A stretch of DNA of 63,237 nt, filler included, from Stramenopiles sp. TOSAG23-6 (GCA_900128565.1; 34 parts of 34 records of this genome joined end to end with filler, not necessarily neighbours in it); one strand, 5' to 3'; positions 34,329-47,816 are shown, counted from the whole stretch's first letter. Made by a program: numbers and translations. The notes: generated by a model not told the origin, from the sequence alone.

Positions 34329-35431
34329 AACTCTCCGCCTCGAGTTCGAAGACTGCATACACAGGAAAATGATCAGATGAAGTCGGTTCAGAGAAAACTC
34401 CATACCCATTATCCACAATTTCATACACCATGCCGGAAATACCCCGATCTCCAGTCCCAAATGCTGGTGTGCCATTGTAGAAGACTCTGTCTGTCCATGC
34501 AGGAGGGCGAGCGCCTTTAGCTTTTGCATTTTTCTCAGTCTTGTAACAAATCTTCTTCGACTCGCGCCTTTTTAAAGGATCATTTTCATGATACTTGTTA
34601 ATGCATAATACTCCTTCCTTTCTCAGTTCGTCATCATCCTTCTCCACATACTGCTTGTCTTTCATCTTTCCCTTCATGTTCGGATCTGAAGTAGGATGAA
34701 AAGATGGAAGGAAGCCCTGACCAGGGTTCTTTGGTCCTTCAGTAAAGTATCTTGGAAGATAGTGAGGATTCCCATATTTTTCATAAGCTTCACTTCTTTT
34801 GAATCTTTTATCGTCAATATCATCCAGCCTTCCAATGACTTTGATCGTTTTTCTTTCTTGTTTTGAATTCGGTGTATAGGTCTCAATCTTGACCGTTTCC
34901 TTTGCATGCGTGTCAATACCATCTCGGCTGCTTTGAACACTGATATCAAAATGGGGCCCTTTTTCCCATCCTTGTTTATGACCTTCTAAAGAACAAGTAT
35001 GAATCCATTCTTTCTTGTTACCCAACCAGTACCATTGATCATTCTCTTCCCCGTCAGAAATACCGTGAAATTCATCTAACGCGCCCAGTTTCCCTTCATA
35101 TGTAAGATCCGTATCGTTTTTGCTGGTGTACCAATCGAGTTCTTTGTAGCCGAATCGAATATTAAAGTCGTTTACTTTCATAGAGTCCATGTTGGCATTT
35201 GTTGGTTGCATACCAGGTGTGCGAAAATTGAAGTCACCTCCCCAGAAAATGTGATCGCAATCTTTGAGTTCGGGCCAGACAGAAACATTTTTCCAGCACC
35301 GGTATCGGGAATCAGGTTCCGTTCCAAAGTGAGAAGACATAAAGCAATACTTTTCTTTCTTTCTCAAATCATCTTTATTGAGTGTGATTTTTACCATTGT
35401 TGTACCCTTTTCTTGGAAGGCATCGGATTCA
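34324..35431 (-). CDS. Inositol polyphosphate 5-phosphatase (IPPc/EEP) domain, 3' part
   Basis: HIFWGGDFNFR, PPAWTDRVFY, SSDHFPVYAVF. Confidence 0.85.
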
Positions 35432-35531
35432 NNNNNNNNNNNNNNNNNNNNNNNNNNNNNNNNNNNNNNNNNNNNTTAATTAATTAANNNNNNNNNNNNN
35501 NNNNNNNNNNNNNNNNNNNNNNNNNNNNNNN

Positions 35532-37291
35532 TTTTTTTTAAATTTTTTTTTAAATTTTTTTGAAATTTTTTTTGAAATTTTTTTTTTATAAAAAATTTTT
35601 TTCCTAAAAAAAATTTTTTTTTTTTTTTTTTTTTTTTAGTAGAAAAAATGATACAAAACTTTCATAATCTAACAAAAAAATTTAAAAATTTTGTAATATT
35701 TTCATACAATATATATAGACAGTTACAATATTCAGGAATACTTGAGTTAGTTCACATAAAATGTAACGGTTTTTCATTTCGTCAAACGTTTAAAAATTTT
35801 TGGTATAAAAAATGTGTACCTAAAGATTTTCATACTTTTTTACATCTTGAAAAAAATCCAAAAGATGGCGATTTTAAGAGATTATGTGCCATTGTTGGTA
35901 ATACAATTTTCCCTTCCAATTCAAAAAATTTTACAACACGAAACTCTACACAAAAAATAGACAATTCTACTGAAACACGAAAAAATGAAAAAAAAATGGA
36001 AAAAAATTCTGAAAAATATTTTTGGTGTGTAGGAAAATCTCTTTTTTTTGCAAAAAATGATATTGATTTTCGTTTATTTCGTTGGCATCAAGATCGAATA
36101 AGTACAATACTTTGTAGTTATTTTCGATATTTATTTTGGGAAGTAAAGTTCAAACATTTTTTAACTGCACAAACCTGTCTACAACAAAAATGGAAGATTA
36201 AAATGTTTATACAAAAAAACAAATATTTACATTCTGATGTTGAAACAACACAATCAATGATATATAGTATGTACGTTTTCAAAATTTTTAAAATGTTCNA
36301 AAAAAATTTTCAAAATTTTTTAAAATTTTCAAAAAAACATTTCATACGAAATTTTGTACCTAACAATTTTTTTTTTCCGTAAAAAAAAAAAAAAAAAAAA
36401 AAATTTTTTTTAAAAAAAATTTTTTTTTTTTTTTTTTTTTTTACGGAAAAAAAAAATTGTTAGGTACAAAATTTCGTATGAAATGTTTTTTTGAAAATTT
36501 TAAAAAATTTTGAAAATTTTTTTNGAACATTTTAAAAATTTTGAAAACGTACATACTATATATCATTGATTGTGTTGTTTCAACATCAGAATGTAAATAT
36601 TTGTTTTTTTGTATAAACATTTTAATCTTCCATTTTTGTTGTAGACAGGTTTGTGCAGTTAAAAAATGTTTGAACTTTACTTCCCAAAATAAATATCGAA
36701 AATAACTACAAAGTATTGTACTTATTCGATCTTGATGCCAACGAAATAAACGAAAATCAATATCATTTTTTGCAAAAAAAAGAGATTTTCCTACACACCA
36801 AAAATATTTTTCAGAATTTTTTTCCATTTTTTTTTCATTTTTTCGTGTTTCAGTAGAATTGTCTATTTTTTGTGTAGAGTTTCGTGTTGTAAAATTTTTT
36901 GAATTGGAAGGGAAAATTGTATTACCAACAATGGCACATAATCTCTTAAAATCGCCATCTTTTGGATTTTTTTCAAGATGTAAAAAAGTATGAAAATCTT
37001 TAGGTACACATTTTTTATACCAAAAATTTTTAAACGTTTGACGAAATGAAAAACCGTTACATTTTATGTGAACTAACTCAAGTATTCCTGAATATTGTAA
37101 CTGTCTATATATATTGTATGAAAATATTACAAAATTTTTAAATTTTTTTGTTAGATTATGAAAGTTTTGTATCATTTTTTCTACTAAAAAAAAAAAAAAA
37201 AAAAAAAAATTTTTTTTAGGAAAAAAATTTTTTATAAAAAAAAAATTTCAAAAAAAATTTCAAAAAAATTTAAAAAAAAATTTAAAAAAAA
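35532..37291. repeat. Whole-contig perfect inverted duplication (assembly/MDA artefact)
   Basis: Identical 244-aa ORFs on both strands, including the same N base. Axis at ~36411 inside an intron homopolymer. Confidence 0.92.
35715..36270 (+). CDS. Myosin exon (end of motor domain, converter, IQ-like)
   Basis: RQLQYSGILELVHIKCNGFSFRQTFKNF and VGKSLFFAK. Flanked by family intron ends (...caatatat| and AT|gtacgtttt). Confidence 0.75.
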
Positions 37292-37959
37292 NNNNNNNNN
37301 NNNNNNNNNNNNNNNNNNNNNNNNNNNNNNNNNNNTTAATTAATTAANNNNNNNNNNNNNNNNNNNNNNNNNNNNNNNNNNNNNNNNNNNNTTTTTTTTT
37401 TTTTTGTAAAATTTGTTAGGTACGAAATTTCGTATGAAAAAAAATTATAAATATATTTTTTTTTTTAATCCTATATAGTATGTACATATGAGCTCGCTTC
37501 AAGTCATGTAAACTTTTTACGTATTTTTTACTACGCGTACGTGGAGTTGATTGAAACATAATTTTGATTTCTCTACCTAATTTTTGTGTGTTTGAATTTT
37601 TGTTTTTTGTACTTAATTTTTGTGTGTTTGAATTTTGTAACTGTAAACACTCTTTCAACTCAATCGCACAAATTTTATTCTCATATAAAGTTACCTGGTA
37701 CTGTGCATGTATATTTTTGAAATATGCAATACATGTATTTACTTTTGTTAGATAAAAAAGTGAACTACAAACAAAATAGTTACACAATATATAAATGTTC
37801 TATAAAAAAAATATTTAAAAAAAAAAAAATCGAAATTGAAAAAAAAAAAATTGAAATGAGTAATACAATAATAATGGTAAAATACATGACGGATATTTTC
37901 ATCAAGGATAGGCAAATGATTACTCTTGGTATTTTTTATCAAATGACTCATGTTATTAT

Positions 37960-39150
37960 ACTGTTTATCTATAGAATGATTTTCGGACATTTTCTCTAGT
38001 GTCTCGATTTCTTGCAGTGCAACTAATTTTGCTATTTCTTGTTGTCGTCTATTTAATGTGAACGATATATATATATATATATTTGTTAGGTACAAAATTT
38101 CGTATAAAAAAAAAAATAAAAAAAAATAAAAATAAAAAAAATAACTTATCTTTCTCAATTTTTGTAACTCTTTTTTCTGTAACGCTGACAAACATCTCTT
38201 CATTGGATTAGGGTTAGGGTTCTTCATTGGGTTTGGGCTACTTTGTGTACTATCCTGTAGACCATGTATTTTGGAAAAATATTTCAAAAAAAAATTTTAA
38301 AATTTGTTAGGTACGAAATTTCGTACGAAAAAAAAAATCGAATTTGAAAAAAAATAAAACATACATGTATATCATTCTGTTCTTTGTGTTGATTCATTTC
38401 ATCAGAATTATCTTTTGTATTGGAATGATAAATACTTGACTCAATTGTTCCATGATGTTTGCTAATCGAATGCACTCCTGTAACATTACTTTCTTTAGTG
38501 TTATGTTCAATATTATGTAAAGCTTTGTTGATTTTATGAACTTCTGCCTCAACGGCATGTTCAATATTATGTTCAATATTATGTATTTCATTCATAGCTT
38601 TATGAGCTTCTGCTGCAACAGCATGTTCAATATTTTGTAAGTCATTCTTAAGTTTATGAGCTTCTGCTCCAACGGCATGTTTAATATTATGTTCAATATT
38701 ATTTAACTCATTATTGATTTTATGTGCTTCTGCTCCAACAGCATGTTCAATATTATGTTCAGTATTATGTATTTCATTCTTAAGTTTATGAGCTTCTGCT
38801 CCAACAGCATGTTCAATATTATGTAACTCATTCTTAGCTTTATGAGCTTCTGCTGCAATGGCATGTTCAATATTGTGTTCAATATTATGTATTTCATTCT
38901 TAAGTTTATGAGCTTCTGCTCCAACGGCATGTTCAATATTATGTAACTCATTCTTAGCTTTATGAGCTTCTGCTCCAACCGCATGTTCAATATTATGTTC
39001 AGTATTATGTATTTCATTCTTAAGTTTATGAGCTTCTGCTCCAACAGCATGTTCAATATTATGTAACTCATTCTTAGCTTTATGAGCTTCTGCTGCAATG
39101 GCATGTTCAATATTGTGTTCAATATTATGTATTTCATTCTTAAGTTTATG
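37960..39150 (-). CDS. His-rich tandem-repeat protein, partial
   Basis: Alternating 18/22-aa units such as LRNEIHNIEHNIEHAIAAEAHK / AKNELHNIEHAVGAEAHK. GT-AT intron at 38264-38364. The 3' boundary is approximate. Confidence 0.65.
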
Positions 39151-39250
39151 NNNNNNNNNNNNNNNNNNNNNNNNNNNNNNNNNNNNNNNNNNNNTTAATT
39201 AATTAANNNNNNNNNNNNNNNNNNNNNNNNNNNNNNNNNNNNNNNNNNNN

Positions 39251-41009
39251 AAAACATATAGACACTTGCTCCGTTCCATGAGTGATTTGCATTGCTGGAT
39301 GTTTCATCTTTTTCAGAGGTACCAAGGAATTATACTCCGGCCATTCCCGACGTAAAAATTGTGTAAAGGAAAAATGACTTGTTTTATCGTAATGTTGTTT
39401 TGTATTTGTTGCATTTACACTGTTTACAGAATGTACAATGGCTATTTCTTTCACATAATTTTGAATATCTCCTGAACGACGCTCATATACGCCACCATTA
39501 TTTGAAATCACATTACTTTTACCAACAATTAATGGTGTTTCACCAATAGAACGGAGAAAAGACGTTTTATCTTTCCAAGCTTCAAACACAGGCCATGTAA
39601 GTACACTCTGACTAGCTTTGAGTATCACAGGAAGTTTTTTATAGTACTTTTTCATAAACAACTTTCTTCCTTTTTTGTTTGATGAAATTTTAGGTATATT
39701 ACATGTTTTAAGATCATAATCATCGATTAACTTATCCATCTCACGACTGGGTAAATGCCACTCTGTCGATCGACAAAGAAGAGGGTTCGTTGAAACCGTT
39801 AGTTCTCCTCTTTTACACTCATCCGAAGCAATTGAAATGTCATTTTCCTTTCTTTTTCTATATTTCTTTGATTTTTTCTTAATTTTTTTCTTTGTAGATT
39901 TTCTGTGTGCTTTGTTATTGTTGTTACTCTTGCTAAATTTTTCTCCAACTGAAATGCTTGACTTGAAAAGCTCATCAAAGAATTCAAGAATTTCGAGCCG
40001 AATTGTTCTGATTTTGTCACCCATAAGTTCTTGTAAGCATTTTGTATTTTCTGAAAGATATTTTTTTATTTTTTTTTTCATTTTCCGATTTTTTTTCATT
40101 GTGAATTTCGTACCTAATTTTTTAACATTGAGTTGCTTATCTACACTGGCTGAATCCAAGATTACGCTGGCTCTATCAGAACACTTTGTAAATGTAACAG
40201 ATGCCAGTTGATACATATATTGTGAAAAATATTTTTTTTTGGTTTCAAAAAATTGTTAGGTACAAACTTTTGTATGAAAAAAATTTAGGTAAAAAATTCA
40301 TGATGAAAATGTACAAATGTGCTGATGCCAAATTTAATATGTGTTTTAGTGTATCTTCCTCTACAGGAACTTGATTTATTCCATCAAGAAAATAACGTGG
40401 CTTGAAAAAAAATTGGTATCTGAGATGGTGGTGCTACAGCTGCAGGGTAAAACGGCATTCTACTTTTTTTTATTTCTTCAAGAATGTTTTGTGAAAAATA
40501 TTTTGTTTTTTTTTTGGTAAAAAAAATTCGTTATGTATGAAATTTCTACGAAAAATAAATGTAAGGTAAAAAATCCAATTTTGAAAATGTACATGTTGTA
40601 CCGTAAACTTTCCATTACATAGCTTAGATTTAGATGTACTGCGGCAATAATATTAGACATTTTTTTAATTGTTTGTGACTTTGAACAAACTGCTTCTATA
40701 CCATCCTTTGCCAGTAAATTAGTAAATCCTTCATGGATCAATTTCATATTAAAAGTTTTAAATGTTGATGGAAATCTCACTTCATCAATTTTGAAAGACT
40801 TTTTTAAAGTGTCAAGTTTTTCTTCTATAGTGCCTTCAATTAAAGAAGGTATCCTACGAAATCCCTTAAATTTTAAAACTCCTGGATCATATTGACCTAA
40901 AGAGATGACATCTCCAAGATTCATAGTTGCATGANGCCTGCCTNGAGGTACGTACATAGTCTCTCCTTTCTGTAATATACATGAGGCTATCATACCTTTA
41001 TCTCGGGCT
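39251..41009 (-). CDS. JmjC-domain protein, partial
   Basis: CILQKGETMYVP.G..HATMNL and FMKKYYKKLPVILK...W....W. GT-AT introns at 40215-40314 and 40484-40592. Confidence 0.65.
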
Positions 41010-41109
41010 NNNNNNNNNNNNNNNNNNNNNNNNNNNNNNNNNNNNNNNNNNNNTTAATTAATTAANNNNNNNNNNNNNNNNNNNNNNNNNNNNNNNNNNN
41101 NNNNNNNNN

Positions 41110-42047
41110 CATTTGGTAACATGTGCCGTGGTGGACGCATGTTCGCTCCAACCAAGGTCTGGCGCAAATGGCACAAAAAGGTCAACAAGAACCAGCGTCG
41201 CTACGCCGTCGCTTCCGCTCTTGCTGCATCTGCTGTTCCAGCACTTGTTATGGCACGTGGACACAAAGTCGATGCTGTAGCTGAACTTCCACTTGTTGTT
41301 GATAACACTGACAGCATCGCTAAGACTTCTGCTGCATATAAAATGCTCGCTGCTCTCGGTGCTGGTGCAGATGTCGACAAGTGTAAAGCTTCCAAGAAGG
41401 TTCGCCGTGGTAAGGGTAAGATGCGTAATCGCCGTTACGAAATGCGTCGTGGTCCTCTTGTAATCTATGACACTGAAACCTCTCTTGTACGTGCTGTCCG
41501 CAATCTTCCAGGTGTTGACACTTGCCAAGTTGACCGCATGAACCTCCTTCAGCTCGCTCCTGGTGGCCACATGGGACGTTTCATTGTCTGGACTAAGTCT
41601 GCTTTCGCAAAACTTGACACTGTCTTCTCTGATGCATCAAAGAAAGGTTACCATCTTCCACACCACATGATGGTTAATGGTGACATTGGTCGCATTATTA
41701 ATTCTGATGCTGTTCAGTCTGTTGTCCGTCCTGCTATTAAACAGCACAAGATGCACTCCCGCAAGAAGAACCCTCTCAAGAACCTTGGTGCTATGGTCAA
41801 ACTTAACCCATATGCTCTCACCATGCGTCGCACAGAACTTGCTGCTCAGAAAAGACGCGCTGCTAAGAAGGCAGAGGCTCTCGAAAAACGCCGTAAAGGG
41901 GTTAAGGGCACAAAGAACTCCAAAGCACGCTCCGCTGCTTCCAAGGCTTTCATCGCTGCAATGCTCGAAGATGAGTTTTCATCCTCTGAAGAAGAATATT
42001 CTTCTTCTGAAGAAGAAGATGAAGAAGAAGAAGAAGCTGAAGAGTAA
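41110..42047 (+). CDS. RPL4: 60S ribosomal protein L4 (uL4), 5' truncated, no introns in this fragment
   Basis: [45 protein letters not shown] and KKNPLKN, with strong codon bias. Confidence 0.98.
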
Positions 42048-42463
42048 TTTTCTTATGTATTTATGTGATTTATTTTCAAATGCGTCATTCATCTTTTGTT
42101 GGTGAAGACACTTTGAAAAGGATTGGGATTGTATTATATTTGATTCTATGAAATGAAAATAAAACAATTTGAGATCAAAGTTATGCACTTACTTTTTTTA
42201 TATTATCATATTCCCTGGGAAAACAATATATTTCAAAAATAATCATCCAATTATATTTCAAATATCAGATTAAAATCCAACTCCATGACAATTTGTAGAG
42301 CTGAACTTGAAATCTCAAATCTTATGAATTCACATAAAATGGCAGAGGATTACAAAATTTGGACTTTCGATTATAAATAAAACTAAAAATTCGAAGAAAT
42401 ATTTTTATTTGGACTTCTTTTTTACAATATAGGTACAAATACAAGCTTCGCCTTTCTATTTCT

Positions 42464-42853
42464 TCAGTTAGTTGGCTCAACAACAATTACACCTTCAACA
42501 ACAATCGGGGAAGGCTCACTTTTTTTGAGATCTACACCTTTATACTCGACTGACGTCACTGGAACGATGTGAGGGAGTGAAACACGCTGTTGTCGTACTT
42601 GTAATGAACGTTGACGTGAGCGTATATAAATAAAGACCCACGCGAGAGGACCAGCAATAAACATAAATAAAGCTAGAGCGTGTAGTAAGATTATCGTTAG
42701 AGGCACAGCACATAATATATGCAAGAAAAGTCTCTTTTTGGAAGGTTTCTCACCATTAAAGGATTCATATCTCGTATTAAGTTTTCGTACAATTAACAAA
42801 TACGTCAATACCCACAAACAAAACAAATTAAACAAATAAAAATTAAACAACAA
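42464..42853 (-). CDS. Small membrane protein, 3' part
   Basis: Two to three hydrophobic segments in an open frame. Confidence 0.45.
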   Translation of the reverse strand: MLFNFYLFNLFCLWVLTYLLIVRKLNTRYESFNGEKPSKKRLFLHILCAVPLTIILLHALALFMFIAGPLAWVFIYIRSRQRSLQVRQQRVSLPHIVPVTSVEYKGVDLKKSEPSPIVVEGVIVVEPTN

Positions 42854-42968
42854 AAAAATGAAAAAAAANNNNNNNNNNNNNNNNNNNNNNNNNNNNNNNN
42901 NNNNNNNNNNNNTTAATTAATTAANNNNNNNNNNNNNNNNNNNNNNNNNNNNNNNNNNNNNNNNNNNN

Positions 42969-44545
42969 TGACAATTTTCAAAATGTTGACAATTTTCAAA
43001 ATGTTGACAATTTTCAAAATGTTCAACATGTAAAAAGAAAGAGAGATGTACCATCTGTGTTGGGATATGATAATATCACTCTTGCTGCTTTATTTAATGC
43101 TCCTCCATTTGATCAGGATTTACCTTGGAAGATGGAAATTGAATTTATGAAAAAAAATATTCAAGGTCCAACAAAAAACAGTTCTGTTCCAATTTTTCCA
43201 TGTCCTAAAAATTGTACAACGTCAACAAAATGTACAAAAATTGTTGATTTACGAAATAATTTTATATTTAAAAAAATATTTCAACTTTTTAATACTTATG
43301 TTGTTGGCCAAGATGAGAATGGTGAACAAAAAATTAAAACTTTAATTCGAAATGCATTAAAAAACAAAACTGTTCAGCCTAACCCTAACCCTAACCCTAA
43401 CCCTAACCCTAGTGGAGATCAAAAAACATTGGACAACATCAAAGATACACGAAATTTGTTAGGTACGAAACTTCCTATGAAAAATGTTGATACTATTTTT
43501 GAAAATTTGTTAGGTACGAAATTTCCTATGAAAAATGTTGAAAATATCTTTACATCACAATTTTCAGTAAATACTGATTTTGTTGTATTTAATGGAAATC
43601 ATCCATTTTCACCAAATACATTTTTACGTGTTACAATTTCCAAAATTGTTTGTTTTCATCATTGCATTTTATTTTTTATTTTCTATATTTTTTTATTTTT
43701 ATTTTTTACACGAAAAAATACAAAAAAATACAAAAAAATCCAATTTTTTTTTTTTTTTTTTTTTTTTCAAAAAACTAAATATTTTTTGTTTTTTAAATAT
43801 TTTTTTACAAAACATGAATTCAACGGACTTGACCAATTTACTCAATTTAATCCACTTCATGTGTTACAGTCCAAATCACCAAGTGAGTTTTATTATAGTA
43901 CAGGAGCAAGTTATACTCTGCAAAGTGAATTTGCTATGGATTATATGTACGTTTTATTTTTTTTCAATTTTTTTTTTTGGTTTCATACGAAATTTTGTAC
44001 CTAACAATTTTTTTTCAATTTTAATTTTTGTGAAATATTTTTTCAATTTTAATTTTTTTTTTTTTTTTTTTTTATAGTAAATTTTGTACCTAACAATTTT
44101 AAAATTTTTTTTTTTGAAATATTTTTCCAAAATACATTGGTGTACGTCTTACCCTCTCCATTGATTCCAATGATGATATACATAACCAAAATAACCCAAA
44201 AACACGAATTATTCGATTAAGTACAAAAGTACGAAATTTAAGTACAAAATTATCGATGCTTCTTGCACTTAATCAAGATAAAATTTTAAATTCACAAATT
44301 GGAGCATTTGTACAACATCCTGTTGCTTGTGGTGGCCATATTTTATCAGCATTTGAAATATCTGAATTTATTGTGAATACAACTTCAATTGATAAATTCG
44401 AAATTGAACACGAAAAAGGTGATTTTATTGGAGATGGTTTGCATACACTATTATCTATCGTTCAGCTTGTTTCAGACAGTTTTGTACAATCCAATTTGTC
44501 TGTGTTATCAAATTTTTATGTTGCTCCTTTACTTACGGAGTATAT
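42969..44545 (+). CDS. Unknown protein, multi-exon fragment
   Basis: Frame is continuous over GT-AT introns 43648-43815 and 43947-44137. Confidence 0.6.
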
Positions 44546-44896
44546 GTATGTTATAAAAAAAAAAAAAAAAAAAAAAAATTGGTACAAAATTTCATACCTA
44601 AAAAAAAAAAAAAAAAATTTTTAAAAAAAAATTTTTTTTTTTTTTTTTTTTAACCAAAAAAAAAAAAAAAAAAAAAAAAAAACCCAATTTTTTTTTTTTT
44701 TTTTTTTTTTTCAAAAAACTAAATANNNNNNNNNNNNNNNNNNNNNNNNNNNNNNNNNNNNNNNNNNNNTTAATTAATTAANNNNNNNNNNNNNNNNNNN
44801 NNNNNNNNNNNNNNNNNNNNNNNNNTTTTTTTTCGTACGAAATTTTGTACCTAACAAATTTAATTTTTTTTTTTCAAATATTTTTCCAAAATACAT

Positions 44897-45279
44897 GTAT
44901 TTGGCTTGAACTCGAACTTGAAAATCCAGTTGTTGCACCTAAAACTCATAAGAAAAGAAAACTGAATAACAAAAGGAAGAAAGTTGCTGGATATCGTCCT
45001 AATGCTGAACGTTGCATTTTATTTGTAACATCTGTAATTGATGCTCATTTTGTGGATTTTGTGGCTAGAATAGCCAATCCACCGTGCAAAGAGGAGGCTT
45101 GCGGTTTAGATCTTGTAATGACTAGATTAAGTAGTATATTAGTTAGTCAAGTTCAGTTTTGTGAAGCAGCTCAAGGAGTAATAGGTCATCTTAGACAATT
45201 ATGTGATAAACGTAACAAAATGAATGCTCTGAAAAGTAAATCTTCTGAATATTCCATTGATCTCATTCATGTTTTTTAA
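44897..45279 (+). CDS. Last exon, NOL11/Utp8-like C-terminus
   Basis: FVTSVIDAHF and terminal YSIDLIHVF resemble the NOL11 C-terminus. Confidence 0.45.
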
Positions 45280-45582
45280 AATAAAATATTTTTCGTACAC
45301 GTTGATAGTTTTTTATTTTTAATTCGTACAAGTTGATTTTTTTTGAAGTTTTTTTTTAAGTTNTCTTTTNATGGNANCANACNTGATTTGTTGGAGTCGG
45401 AGGTTTAAACTTTATCCGAATTTCTCAGACCTGTAGCGACCTGTAGTCTGTAGAGCCAGTGCACACACATGCATGCGCTCGCGTTCACACGCAGAGTTGT
45501 CTGGTAGAAGACAATAAAGGGCGCCAATAATAATAAGTACAATTCAAACAAAATCATTGGCAAGGCTACGGTTCAATTCATC

Positions 45583-46582
45583 ATGGATGCAAGCAATTCA
45601 CGTAACAGTTTCGACAGTTTCTTGAAAAGGAATGAAACCTCAGTTAAATTGTTGAAAATGTCTGCGGAACAAGGCCATGGAGACGCACAGTGTAATCTTG
45701 GTATATGTTATGCAAATGGTTATGGTGTCACCAAGTGTCATAAAACTGCTGCTGAATGGTATACAAAAGCTGCAAAACAAGGCAATGCAGAAGCACAATA
45801 TCTTCTTGGTGTGTGTTATATAAGTGGTAGTGTCTCTCAATGTTTTAAAACTGCAGTTAAATGGTTGAAAAAGGCTGCAAATCAAGGCCATGTAGAAGCA
45901 CAGTTATCTCTTGGTCTGTGTTATTATCATGGTGATGGTGTAACTCAATGTTATAAAACAGCCGTTAAATGGTATACAAAAGCTGCAAATCAAGGCTACA
46001 TGGACGCACAGTATAATCTTGGTATATGTTATTATCATCATGTTCAAGGTGTCACTCAATGTTATAAAACAGCAGTTATATGCTTTACAAAAGCTGCAAA
46101 ACAAGGCCACGTGAAAGCACAGTATATTCTTGGTTTATGTTATCATCATGGTGATGGTGTCGCTAAATGTTGTAAAACTTCTGTAAAATGGTTTACAAAA
46201 GCTGCAAAACAAGGCCACGTGAAAGCACAGTATGTTCTTGGCGTATGTTATAAAAATGGTAATAATGGTGTCACTCAATGTTATAAAACAGCAGTTATAT
46301 GCTTTACAAAAGCTGCAAAACAAGGATATATGGAGGCACAGTTTTATCTTGGTATATGTTATGCAAATGGTAAGGGTGTCACTAAATGTTTGAAAAGCGC
46401 AGCAAAATGGAACGGAAAAGCAAAAAAGCAGATGAAAGACACAGATGATAATGATAAGTTAAGAGAACTCATAATCAAACAGAGTAAATCAAAATGTTTT
46501 ACTTGTGGTTTAGAGGGTAAAAATAAAAAAATGCTTCTTTGTAGTCAGTGTAAGGCTGTGTCATATTGTTCAAAGAAGTGTC
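45583..46582 (+). CDS. Sel1-repeat protein with C-terminal MYND zinc finger
   Basis: Seven AQxxLGxCY..G.GV....A.KW..KAA.QG repeats, then CFTCG...LLCSQCKAVSYCSKKC. Confidence 0.93.
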
Positions 46583-46705
46583 NNNNNNNNNNNNNNNNNN
46601 NNNNNNNNNNNNNNNNNNNNNNNNNNTTAATTAATTAANNNNNNNNNNNNNNNNNNNNNNNNNNNNNNNNNNNNNNNNNNNNTTTTTTTAAAAAAAATTT
46701 TTTCC

Positions 46706-46742
<37 letters not shown>

Positions 46743-46769
46743 ATTTTTTGTTTTTGAAAATATTGTTTC

Positions 46770-47784
46770 ATAGTATATGGATTGTACCAACGGGACATCA
46801 ATTAAAATCTTTGGTTCAAAAATCACGAAATCACCGAATATTTCAACGTAAACAAAAACAAGAAAAGGATGAAAAAAATATAATGAAAAAAGAAAACACG
46901 AAAAATCTTCAATTTTCAATGAATTTTATTCAAGGTTTAGATGTTCCAACAGAAACAATACAAATGAAAAAATCAGTTCATCATTCTTCATTGTTATCAA
47001 ACAATATACAAAATATAAAAAAAACAAAAAATATACAAAATATACAAAATACAAAAAATACAAAAAATACAAAAAATATACAAAATAACCCTAACCCTAC
47101 ACTTGACGAGACTATGACAATCCCAAGGCCATTATGTAGAAAAGATTTTTATGATGAATTTAATAAAATGAATAATCTAGGGTTAGGGTTTGAAAAATAT
47201 AGAGGAACTGCAAAATTACCAGGTTTACCAATTAGTCAAATTGATCAAAATAGACATAACCATTCAATTACTGCTTGGTGTAATACAACAACTAATAATG
47301 ATGATAATAATAATGATGATAATGATAATAATTATACAACAACAACTAATAATGATGATAATGATGATAATGATACTACTACTACTAGTACTACTACTAC
47401 TACTATTAATAATAATAATAATAATAATACAACTACTACTACTACTACTAATAATAATAATAATAATAATAAGGCTTTGAGTAGTTTGAGTAGTAAAGAA
47501 CTATGCAATGATGACAAAATTCAATCTACAAATACTACTACTATTGATGATATTGATAATAATAATAATACTATTGATAAAAATAATATTGATAATTATA
47601 ATATTGATAATACTACTACTAATAATAATGATAATAATAATAATGATAATAATAATAATACTAAAGTTATAAAAAACACAATGAAAAATAATAAGAATAT
47701 AACAGAAATAATGACTCATGAAAGCGATGTTTCAGTCATTTCATCGATTCAATACACTGATGATGATTCGCTGTACGTTATTCT

Positions 47785-47816
<32 letters not shown>

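Noticed and set aside
35532-37291. Giant hairpin or palindromic myosin locus
   Set aside because: A perfect mirror image, including an ambiguous base, folding at an A/T homopolymer. Typical assembler or MDA artefact.
41058-41570. Long antisense or alternate-frame ORFs over RPL4, SRPRB and SprT
   Set aside because: Shadow ORFs produced by codon bias, with no recognisable motifs.
47280-47660. AAT/ACT/GAT microsatellite block as a special element
   Set aside because: Ordinary low-complexity coding sequence for an AT-rich protist genome.
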